This document shows positions 54,374 to 61,531 of a DNA stretch of 64,000 nucleotides, in pieces. Both the position numbers and the translations under genes were made by a program. Under the pieces are notes generated by a model that did not search any database, was not told the origin of the DNA, and saw only the letters and a list, made by a program, of their open reading frames with translations. The DNA is taken from contig JANWIV010000001.1 of NCBI GenBank assembly GCA_025449735.1, positions 12,654 through 76,653 of the forward strand, in the 5' to 3' direction. The stretch's first letter is position 1. Each line of letters starts with the position of its first letter. This DNA comes from Candidatus Microgenomates bacterium. GTDB taxonomy: Bacteria > Patescibacteriota > Microgenomatia > UBA1406 > HO2-37-13b.

Positions 54374-54424
54374 AAGGGTTCGAGTAACAATTAACCCGAA
54401 GGGTTAGAAGTTACTCGAACCCTT
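54374..54424. repeat. REP-like repeat family R2, full palindromic copy
   Basis: aagggttcgagtaac / aattaacccgaagggttagaa / gttactcgaaccctt. Perfect 15-bp arms, and the 21-nt loop contains a nested aaccc-gaa-gggtt hairpin. Confidence 0.75.
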
Positions 54425-54483
54425 TCTCTTTAGTTACATAACAAGTCAATAAAACTGTTCAAATTTATAATAATTTTAAAATG

Positions 54484-54492
54484 TGATAGAAT
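54484..54492 (+). promoter_or_regulatory. Extended -10 TGaTAGAAT, 9 nt upstream of ATG 54502
   Basis: tgtgatagaatttttaaataATG. Confidence 0.4.
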
Positions 54493-54501
54493 TTTTAAAT
54501 A

Positions 54502-55392
54502 ATGACATTTAGCCCTCAACAAATCGCTATCTGCATGATCACCCAATACCCCAATTGGTATTCGGGGGAGGCAAGGGGACTAAAAAACATCGACAAGGTC
54601 CGCGGTGACTTGGCACTAGAGTCAATTGCCCTGTCAGTCAAAAAAGGATATCATACGGTCATTGGCTATGATCCTGACTCCAGCGAATTTAACCAAGCCC
54701 TCGAAGCCATTGGTGATGTCATTCTTGTCAGAAGAGAAACCAAAAAAAGCTCACCTAGCAAACGTCAGATCATTGAAAAAGCTACCGAACTTCCTCAAAT
54801 AAAGGTAATTGTGTTGACTGAACCCGAAAAAGTTTCTTTTGTTAAAGATTGTATTGAAGAAACAGTAAAGCCAATTCTTGACGGCAGCGCTGACATTGTC
54901 ATTCCCAAAAGAGACGAAATTCTATTTAAAGATACCTACCCCGACTATATGTATCAGTCTGAGAAAGAGGGGATTGCGCTTTATAATGAGGAGCTCCGGG
55001 CCCATGGACTTATTGATAAAAATAGTGAAGATTTTGATATGTTTTTTGGACCACGGGTACTAGCTAATAACCAAGAAATAGTTGACTTATTCTTGAAGGA
55101 GTACTTGTTAGAAATCGAAAAAATTTCTCTTCCTAAGATTTATTTTGATGCCGATCAACTTTCTAACACTCAATTTTTCCCAGTGGTCTTGGCCTTAAAA
55201 CATAAGAACAAGGTAAAAACAATCACAGTCCCATTTCACTATCCAGAGAGTCAAAAACAAAATGAGACGATTCAACAAAAGGATTTTTTTATGGAAAAAC
55301 GACGCACTCAAAAACTAGGTCTAATTATTGAGTTAATGCATTTCGTCAGCTTTCTTGAAAAAAACCAATCGAGTCGAGTCGAACTAGTTTAA
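54502..55392 (+). CDS. Hypothetical protein, possible GT-A-fold glycosyltransferase
   Basis: 296 aa. VIVLTEPEK...DGSADIVIPKR resembles a nucleotide-sugar-binding acidic loop. The assignment is weak. Confidence 0.35.
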   Translation: MTFSPQQIAICMITQYPNWYSGEARGLKNIDKVRGDLALESIALSVKKGYHTVIGYDPDSSEFNQALEAIGDVILVRRETKKSSPSKRQIIEKATELPQIKVIVLTEPEKVSFVKDCIEETVKPILDGSADIVIPKRDEILFKDTYPDYMYQSEKEGIALYNEELRAHGLIDKNSEDFDMFFGPRVLANNQEIVDLFLKEYLLEIEKISLPKIYFDADQLSNTQFFPVVLALKHKNKVKTITVPFHYPESQKQNETIQQKDFFMEKRRTQKLGLIIELMHFVSFLEKNQSSRVELV

Positions 55393-55574
55393 TGAGAATG
55401 GGCTTCGCCTTTTTTATAAACCTCCCGACATTGACTACATCTCATACGCTCCTCAAACTCTTCCCCCTCACAAGTACAACCCTTGGTGCCACATTGCACG
55501 AGGCCGTTTTCATAATCTTCGGCGCTGACAACCGAATGACAAGTACCGGTGCAACAATATACTGTCTCATCCAT
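55389..55574 (-). CDS. Small cysteine-rich protein (putative metal-binding)
   Basis: MDETVYCCTGTCHSVV...QCGTKGCTCEGEEF...RCSQCREVY, with 9 Cys in 61 aa. The longer track version starts at TTG 55631 and overlaps the upstream gene, so I prefer ATG 55574. Confidence 0.45.
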   Translation of the reverse strand: MDETVYCCTGTCHSVVSAEDYENGLVQCGTKGCTCEGEEFEERMRCSQCREVYKKGEAHSH

Positions 55575-55602
55575 ATATATGGTTTGAAATTTATAAATAT
55601 CA

Positions 55603-55950
55603 TCAAACTCGAGACAAACAGACCACTCCAACCATTATTAATAGTACACCAAAAACTTTCATTCCCGTGATTGGTTCGCCAAAAAAATAATTTGAAGTAA
55701 ACAAAATTATTACATAAGCCAGGCTCATTGAAGGCAAAAAAATGGACAAGGGGAATTTCTGCAAAGCGAAAAGAGAGATAATTGAAGCACCGCCATAGAA
55801 AATAAAACCAAGAATAATATGCGGTGTGAAAAGAGTATGGATAATTGAAGTCAAATCAGCCTTCACTGGTGTCATGTCAACCCCTTTTTTGAGGAATAGC
55901 TGCCCAACGGCGACCATTATCACGGTACTAATCAAAAGCACATATCGCAT
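55603..55950 (-). CDS. Small EamA/SMR-like 4-TM membrane protein (ArnE/ArnF-like flippase subunit candidate)
   Basis: 115 aa, four hydrophobic helices. VAVGQLFLKKG resembles the EamA half-domain start. Confidence 0.5.
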   Translation of the reverse strand: MRYVLLISTVIMVAVGQLFLKKGVDMTPVKADLTSIIHTLFTPHIILGFIFYGGASIISLFALQKFPLSIFLPSMSLAYVIILFTSNYFFGEPITGMKVFGVLLIMVGVVCLSRV

Positions 55951-55969
55951 ATGTTTTTATTTTATCAAA

Positions 55970-56968
55970 TTATGAGTCCCAACCGTGAGGATGAGATGTA
56001 TACCATTTCACGAGCGAATTCACAGAGTCTGATAAAGACCGCTTTGGTTGCCATTTTAAAATTGACCCTGCTTTTTTAATGTCAGCAACCGCCCTTGGAT
56101 ATTCGCCAACTCGCGCTTGCGTCGTCTTTTTTTCTATAATCGCCCCAGTAATTTCTTCTACTTGTTTAATTATAGAAAGCACCGAGTTGCCCGTACCAGT
56201 GCCAAGATTAATAACCTCGCTTTCACCCCCAGCAAATAAATATAAGAGAGCCAATAAATGTGCTTCATTTAAATCAACCACATTGACATAATCCCTAATT
56301 GGCGTATGGTCAGGGGTATCAACAGTAGGGCAAGTGAGAAAAAATGGCTCAATGCCAAGGACCCCGCGCACCGCATTTTGCATTAGGTGCACTGAGGGCT
56401 TTTTGGAGTCGCCGATGTCGCCTTCATCAGTAGCACCACAAACATTGAAATAACGCAAAATGACATAAATCAGTCCGGAGTTTTTGATCTCTTCCTCAAT
56501 CTTAAGTTTCGATTCACCATAGGGATTGACCGGCAAAGTTGATGCGTCTTCTGTAATTGACATCTCCTTAGCATTGCCATAAACAGCGCAAGTGGAAGAA
56601 AAAATTATTTTATCAACCCCAGCTTGCTTAATTGCTTTTATTAAACGCTGACTGCCGATGACATTATTTTTTTCATAAAGTTCGGGGTGGAGTACTGATT
56701 CATTTACTGAGCAAAGCGCTCCATAATGGACCACCGCTTCGATATTTTGCTCCGCTTCAAAGACAGCCCCGATGTCATCTTCAGCAAGATCAATCTCATA
56801 AACTTTCAATCTATCCTCACCATATTTTTTCTTCAGAAATTCGAGTGGACTCTTAAAACCACGAGAAAAATTATCTAATGCCACAATATTGAATCCCTTT
56901 TTTAAAAATAAATCGCAAGCTACTGAACCAATATAGCCACCGGCACCAGTGATAATGATTTTACGCAT
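55970..56968 (-). CDS. galE: UDP-glucose 4-epimerase
   Basis: IIITGAGGYIGS, SSTCAVYG, YGESK and RYFNVCGA are GalE-typical blocks. Confidence 0.85.
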   Translation of the reverse strand: MRKIIITGAGGYIGSVACDLFLKKGFNIVALDNFSRGFKSPLEFLKKKYGEDRLKVYEIDLAEDDIGAVFEAEQNIEAVVHYGALCSVNESVLHPELYEKNNVIGSQRLIKAIKQAGVDKIIFSSTCAVYGNAKEMSITEDASTLPVNPYGESKLKIEEEIKNSGLIYVILRYFNVCGATDEGDIGDSKKPSVHLMQNAVRGVLGIEPFFLTCPTVDTPDHTPIRDYVNVVDLNEAHLLALLYLFAGGESEVINLGTGTGNSVLSIIKQVEEITGAIIEKKTTQARVGEYPRAVADIKKAGSILKWQPKRSLSDSVNSLVKWYTSHPHGWDS

Positions 56969-56974
56969 GACAAT

Positions 56975-56980
56975 ATTTTA
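56975..56980 (-). promoter_or_regulatory. -10 box TAAAAT, 6 nt upstream of the galE ATG (56968)
   Basis: Minus-strand reading gtgTAAAATattgtcATG. Confidence 0.4.
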
Positions 56981-57014
56981 CACGATCTTGAGTAGTGAAA
57001 ACGGTCGAATTTTA

Positions 57015-57023
57015 TGGTATAAT
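57015..57023 (+). promoter_or_regulatory. Extended -10 TGgTATAAT, 9 nt upstream of ATG 57033
   Basis: ttatggtataataccgctatcATG. Confidence 0.45.
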
Positions 57024-57032
57024 ACCGCTATC

Positions 57033-57581
57033 ATGACGCGTCCTACGATTCTTCAAAAAAACGATGATTTGCTTGCTCAGATAGCTTTTCCGGTTCGTGC
57101 TAATGCGGTAAAAATTAGTACCGTACAAACTATCATTGACTCGCTAATCGATGTCATCAACTCCCAAAAATTAACTGCCCTTTCAGCTCCCCAAATTGGC
57201 GAAAGTCAAAGAATTATCGCCATCAAACATACTGGCGCCCCAAGAATACCACTCACTATTGTCGTTAATCCCGTCGTCTTAGAGCGTTCACCCGATAAGG
57301 AACTATTTTTTGAATCTAGCCCCTCAGTTGACGAAGGCGAAACTTATGCTTTGGTCCCTCGTAGTTCCCAAATCAAGATTATCGGTTTTGATCGAGAAGG
57401 CAAAAAGGTTGATATAGAAGCCACCGGAATTCATGCCAGACTCCTGCTTCATGCAATTGACTTTTTGGAAGGCCGAAATTTTTTGAAAAAAACCAGCGGT
57501 GAGCTTTCAAAATATGTGGTTACAAAGTCAATTTGGACCAAAAAATATCAAAAAAAATGGCCTAGCCCTAAACCGGCTTAA
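57033..57581 (+). CDS. Peptide-deformylase homolog with degenerate active site
   Basis: Motif 1 is kept (ALSAPQIG). Motif 2 EGCLS reads ESSPS, and motif 3 HEhDH reads HAIDF. The start is set to ATG 57033 (MTRPTIL), 9 nt after TGgTATAAT. Confidence 0.65.
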   Translation: MTRPTILQKNDDLLAQIAFPVRANAVKISTVQTIIDSLIDVINSQKLTALSAPQIGESQRIIAIKHTGAPRIPLTIVVNPVVLERSPDKELFFESSPSVDEGETYALVPRSSQIKIIGFDREGKKVDIEATGIHARLLLHAIDFLEGRNFLKKTSGELSKYVVTKSIWTKKYQKKWPSPKPA

Positions 57582-57587
57582 ATAAAA

Positions 57588-57926
57588 ATGAAAAAACCAA
57601 CTATCACTTATGATGATTTTGATCGTCTCGATCTTCGCGCTGGTTTGGTCAAATCTGTTGAGTCGGTTGCCGACTCCAAAAAACTACTAGCACTAATGGT
57701 TGATTTTGGTTCAGAGCTTGGTGAGATTGAAATCCTGGCTGGTCTGAAGGAATATTTTAGGGAAGATAATTTCATTAATAAAACCTTTGTTTTTCTGGTC
57801 AATCTTGAACCAAAGCCAATGGGAGGAAAAATATCTAATGGAATGATTCTCGCCGCCGACATCGAAGGCAATCCTCAACTGATTCCTTTGTCTCCAATTA
57901 TTGCTCCAGGAAGCATAATCAGATAA
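57588..57926 (+). CDS. tRNA-binding domain protein (CsaA/Trbp111/EMAP-like OB fold)
   Basis: FDRLDLRAGLVKSVE...LLALMVDFG...ILAGLK...VFLVNLEPKPMGG..SNGMILAA matches the MetRS-C/CsaA domain pattern. Confidence 0.75.
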   Translation: MKKPTITYDDFDRLDLRAGLVKSVESVADSKKLLALMVDFGSELGEIEILAGLKEYFREDNFINKTFVFLVNLEPKPMGGKISNGMILAADIEGNPQLIPLSPIIAPGSIIR

Positions 57927-57939
57927 GATAAATATTGCC

Positions 57940-58917
57940 ATGACAAAAATCATTGTCATTACCGGACCTACCGCGACTGGCAAAACTGCCTTTGCGCTAA
58001 AGCTTGCCAAGCGCATTAACGGTGAGCTAATCAGCGCCGACTCTAGACAGATTTATAAAGGTCTTGATATTGTGACTGGCAAAGATATCCCCAAAAAGGC
58101 AGAATTCTATATTGATAAAAAACTTTCAATTATATCCTCAAAAAATGTCCGCAGTAGTAAAATGGTTATGGGATATTATTTGGCAAATTCTATTCCAATT
58201 TGGCTTTATGATGTCGTCTCACTACGGGAATATTTTTCCTCGTATGATTTCGCTCGTATGGCGCGAGAAGTAATTACTGATATTTTAACTCGCGACAAAA
58301 CTCCAATCGTTATCGGTGGTAGCTACCTATATATCAAACACTTAATTTATGGCCTTGATACTGATGGCATTCCTCCAAATTGGATTGAAAGAGAAAAGTT
58401 AAAAGATTCTTCAGTCACAGAACTTTTTGAAATATTAAAGTCGATTGATCTCAAAACTGCTTCTGTTCTCAATCAATCAGACAAAAACAATCCCCATCGC
58501 TTAATGAGAAAGATTGAACTGGCAGAATACCATCGTCATTCTGGTAAGCCGAAGGCGCATCCAGAATCTCAAGGGGATCCTGGACAGGCCAGGATGACCT
58601 ATCCACTAGGTCAATTTATTGGGCTTAAATTCAAAAACAAAGAAGCCCTTGACCAATTAATTAGGCATAGAGTAGAGGAGCGAATAAAAGCAGGAGCAAT
58701 TGAAGAAATTAAGCAATTACTTGAGAAAGGTTACTCCAAATCTGATCCAGGACTTTGCACTATCGGAGCGAAACAAATTATTGATTATTTATCGGGCAAA
58801 ACAACCTTTGATGAAATGGAATCTTTATGGACCACTGCTGAGACCCAATATGCCGGTCGCCAAATGACCTTTATGAAAACCGACCAGAATATAAAATGGC
58901 AGATTGTAAAAAAATAA
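57940..58917 (+). CDS. miaA: tRNA dimethylallyltransferase
   Basis: P-loop ITGPTATGKTAFAL, ISADSRQIYKGLDIVTGK, and GGSYLYIKHLIYG. A repeat-derived segment lies at 58534-58599. Confidence 0.85.
   Translation: MTKIIVITGPTATGKTAFALKLAKRINGELISADSRQIYKGLDIVTGKDIPKKAEFYIDKKLSIISSKNVRSSKMVMGYYLANSIPIWLYDVVSLREYFSSYDFARMAREVITDILTRDKTPIVIGGSYLYIKHLIYGLDTDGIPPNWIEREKLKDSSVTELFEILKSIDLKTASVLNQSDKNNPHRLMRKIELAEYHRHSGKPKAHPESQGDPGQARMTYPLGQFIGLKFKNKEALDQLIRHRVEERIKAGAIEEIKQLLEKGYSKSDPGLCTIGAKQIIDYLSGKTTFDEMESLWTTAETQYAGRQMTFMKTDQNIKWQIVKK
58534..58599. repeat. TGTCAT-type double-hairpin repeat (family R1) lying in frame inside miaA
   Basis: cgtcattctgg taagccgaaggcgca tccagaatc tcaagg ggatcctgg acagg ccaggatgac. 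It is translated as RHSGKPKAHPESQGDPGQARMT. Confidence 0.65.
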
Positions 58918-58939
58918 TTAAAAAGCGGTATTAATTATT

Positions 58940-59015
58940 AAAAAATAGGTACTACCGATGGGCAAGTCGACGCGAGTCGACTTGAGGGCAGTTGAGCCCC
59001 ATCGGTAGATTTTTG
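58940..59015. terminator. Bidirectional intrinsic terminator between convergent miaA and the GC-rich secreted-protein gene
   Basis: Stem ctaccgatggg (58952-58962) / cccatcggtag (58998-59008), with a nested aagtcgac-gcga-gtcgactt hairpin. It is flanked by an A-run (58940-58946) and a T-run (59010-59014). Confidence 0.6.
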
Positions 59016-59043
59016 CCCTGCTTCAGGAGAGACTACTTATGAC

Positions 59044-60165
59044 TCAGTAGGCGAGTTCGCTTCCCACGCTCAGTGGATTGGTCGGCACTAGGTGCTCAGT
59101 CACTCCAAAGAACGAGGCGGACCCGCCATACTCCAGGAAGATGTCCGAGACCTTAGTGAATCCGATGCCCTTCATTTGATCGACGAATTCCCAGTTTTGT
59201 GAGTTGCCCGGCGTTGATGCAGCACAGAAACTGGGATTGCCAATACACCGCCAGATCTTGTGATAGGTGGTGTAGGTTGACTCATGCCACCAGAGATCGC
59301 CATCCAGAAAGGTTTCCCAGTCTGCTGGCCAAGTGCAGGTCGGTGCTGAACTAGTCGCATTCGTGGCCATGATGATCAGCGAGTGCTGGAGCCCGGGATC
59401 CGGGCACTCCCAGCTGATATCGGTGACGACGCAGTTGTTTGCAAACACCTCAAACTCTCCGCCTGGCTGATAGACAATCCAGTTGGAGAAAGTGTTTTCC
59501 TCACTCCCGTAGAACTTCATCCAGATGTTATATTGCGGTGGAGGCATACCGGCTTCGATGATTCCGATGTAGCCGGTCGCGTTTCCTGACAACCACTGGG
59601 ATACGTCCATTCCTCGATCGTTTCCACAGTACCATTCGAAGTTACCTTGATAACCAGTATCTGCCGGTACTGTTACGAGATATTCCCAGTACGGATTGGG
59701 AATGCCCTCGTACGGTCGGTTGTTATGGCACGGTGCGTTGTCAGTGAGACACCTGTAGAGGGCCACCGAATGCATGATCGGTGTGTTGAAATCGATTTCG
59801 GTCGAGGGTTCGACCGGATCACCGAATCCCGCATCAAATGGAACAAAGACACACGATGGCGTCCCGTGAGGGGGCGCCCCATTGCCGAAAAAGAGATGAG
59901 CCATCGGGATATTGAGTCCCCCATAGGCCCACGCCCAGGAGCAATCCTCCACCGTACAGTTGGTGTTGAAGAACTCCAATGGGTTAATGTCATGCTCACA
60001 GTATGGTGGAATCGTCTGCCAGCCAACAGCCCACCAGTCGGTCCAACCGTTCTCCTCGACGAAAAACTCCACATCGGGAGCGGCGGCAACGGTTCTGGCA
60101 TTGAGCCCGAACAGGGCGGCGATGACGATGAGCAGCGTTGTGATGCGAAGGATGTTTCGCGTCAT
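59044..60165 (-). CDS. Secreted Cys/Trp-rich protein with two internally homologous halves, on a GC-rich island
   Basis: About 55% GC versus about 35% around it. ATG 60165 is preceded by AGGAGG, while the track start 60186 is GTG. Signal-like ILRITTLLIVIAALFGLNARTVAAAP. LEFFNTNCTVEDCSW resembles FEVFANNCVVTDISW. Confidence 0.65.
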   Translation of the reverse strand: MTRNILRITTLLIVIAALFGLNARTVAAAPDVEFFVEENGWTDWWAVGWQTIPPYCEHDINPLEFFNTNCTVEDCSWAWAYGGLNIPMAHLFFGNGAPPHGTPSCVFVPFDAGFGDPVEPSTEIDFNTPIMHSVALYRCLTDNAPCHNNRPYEGIPNPYWEYLVTVPADTGYQGNFEWYCGNDRGMDVSQWLSGNATGYIGIIEAGMPPPQYNIWMKFYGSEENTFSNWIVYQPGGEFEVFANNCVVTDISWECPDPGLQHSLIIMATNATSSAPTCTWPADWETFLDGDLWWHESTYTTYHKIWRCIGNPSFCAASTPGNSQNWEFVDQMKGIGFTKVSDIFLEYGGSASFFGVTEHLVPTNPLSVGSELAY

Positions 60166-60446
60166 GGTTTGAGTGCCTCCTAGCACTCGGATTTTTTGTA
60201 CATGGAGTTAGACCATTCACTCATATGAATTTCAGTTTTGTTTATAGCTCTCCTGTATTGTAAAGGCGCGTATGAATCCAAAACGGCCCCACGCGGATGC
60301 AGACCATTAGATTCAAAGATGAGTAATTATAGCATAGCAACGCTCTTTTTGATAGTAAATTGATATTATAAAAAAACTATTATGCTTTGGCAAATATCGA
60401 CATCGTGAGGTGAAAAAATTTTAGACCAAAAGGAATATTTAAGAAT

Positions 60447-61427
60447 TTATTTCGCAGACAATCTTTTCAAATCAGCCTCAACCATCATCTTGACTAACTC
60501 CTCAAATCCGATCTTTGGTTGCCAACCCAATTTTTCACGCGCTTTATCAGCTCGCGCTTTAAGATCAGGCACCTCAGCTGGACGCATAAATCGAGGATCT
60601 ATCGTGACAAATGTCTCCCAATCGGCAATATCAACCGCCTTGAAGGCCATCTCGACAAATTCTCGCACCGAATGATTTTCACCAGTACCAATGACATAAT
60701 CGTCCGCCTCTTCTTGTTGCATCATGGCATACATCGCCTCGACATAGTCGCCGGCAAAACCCCAATCACGCTTAGAATCCATGTTCCCCAATCGCAATTC
60801 CTGAGCCAACCCCAATTTGATTTTCGCCACACCATCGGTAATCTTGCGCGTCACAAACTCAATGCCACGAAGTGGCGACTCATGATTAAAAAGAATCCCA
60901 TTGCAGGCATAAAGGCTATATGACTCTCTGAAATTAACTGTCATCCAATAGGCATAAACTTTACTTACCCCATAGGGGGAACGGGGATGAAACGGTGTCT
61001 TTTCATCCTGCCAGCCATCAACATTGCCCAGCCCAAACATCTCGCTTGTTGCCGCTTGATAAAATTTGGTAGTAGGGGAGAAGTGTTTAATTGCAGTCAA
61101 TAAGTATAATACTCCAAGGCCATTGGCTTCAGTGGTAAACTTCGCTAAATCCCAGCTAGAACCAACAAACGATTGGGCTGCCAAATTATAAATCTCATCA
61201 GGCCGGATGCTTTTTACTAAATTCATTAAACTCGACTCATCAGTCATGTCCCCAGTGACATATTCGATCTTATCTTCAATATCGAGATAGCTTAAATTTT
61301 CAAAGTTAGGTTTTGAATATCGCCTGATCATGCCGTAGACTTTATAATCTTTAGAGAGGAGTAGTTTCGCTAAATATGGCCCATCTTGACCCAAAATCCC
61401 AGTGACGATGGCGGTTTTTTTCTGCAT
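60447..61427 (-). CDS. gmd: GDP-mannose 4,6-dehydratase
   Basis: AIVTGILGQDGPYLAKLLL, YNLAAQSFV, YGVSKVYAYW and GILFNHESPLRG are Gmd-typical. Confidence 0.85.
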   Translation of the reverse strand: MQKKTAIVTGILGQDGPYLAKLLLSKDYKVYGMIRRYSKPNFENLSYLDIEDKIEYVTGDMTDESSLMNLVKSIRPDEIYNLAAQSFVGSSWDLAKFTTEANGLGVLYLLTAIKHFSPTTKFYQAATSEMFGLGNVDGWQDEKTPFHPRSPYGVSKVYAYWMTVNFRESYSLYACNGILFNHESPLRGIEFVTRKITDGVAKIKLGLAQELRLGNMDSKRDWGFAGDYVEAMYAMMQQEEADDYVIGTGENHSVREFVEMAFKAVDIADWETFVTIDPRFMRPAEVPDLKARADKAREKLGWQPKIGFEELVKMMVEADLKRLSAK

Positions 61428-61434
61428 GGAGATA

Positions 61435-61443
61435 ACTATACCA
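61435..61443 (-). promoter_or_regulatory. Extended -10 TGgTATAGT, 7 nt upstream of the gmd ATG (61427)
   Basis: Minus-strand reading tatggtatagttatctcATG. Confidence 0.45.
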
Positions 61444-61496
61444 TATGACCAAATAATAAAGCAATATTTTAAATTGATAAAAAAATAATTTCCCTA

Positions 61497-61525
61497 TTGA
61501 CAGAGTGAAAAATTAGGCATAGAAT
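61497..61525 (+). promoter_or_regulatory. Consensus sigma-70-type promoter TTGACA-17 nt-TAGAAT, ending 6 nt before ATG 61532
   Basis: TTGACA at 61497-61502, TAGAAT at 61520-61525, spacer exactly 17 nt. Confidence 0.55.
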
Positions 61526-61531
61526 AAATTT

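Larger units (their letters stand above)
53643..54424 (-). mobile_element. RAYT-like transposase gene with flanking inverted palindromic (REP-like) repeats
   Basis: The left flank 53643-53676 (CCAACCCTTCGGGTT-N11-GAACCCTT) and the right flank 54374-54424 (its reverse-complement type) sit in inverted orientation around CDS 53687-54349. Confidence 0.6.

Noticed and set aside
54374-54424. tRNA or tRNA fragment (GGTTCGAG resembles a T-arm)
   Set aside because: There is no acceptor stem, D-arm or anticodon arm. The sequence is a simple perfect palindrome repeated elsewhere. I found no tRNA or rRNA genes anywhere in the window.
12040-60186. N-terminal extensions of several track ORFs (starts at 12090, 14421, 21939, 21958, 29695, 37304, 41416, 49860, 55631, 56949, 60186)
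   Set aside because: Most of these begin at TTG or GTG codons, or at upstream ATGs (12090, 41416, 49860). They add non-homologous residues or create long overlaps. A downstream ATG with a better context gives the family-typical N-terminus.
59172-60220. Multiple overlapping ORFs in all frames (for example 59647-60183 on the plus strand and 59673-60101 on the minus strand)
   Set aside because: They are typical of high-GC DNA. Only the 59044-60165 frame has a ribosome-binding site, a signal peptide and an internal domain repeat.
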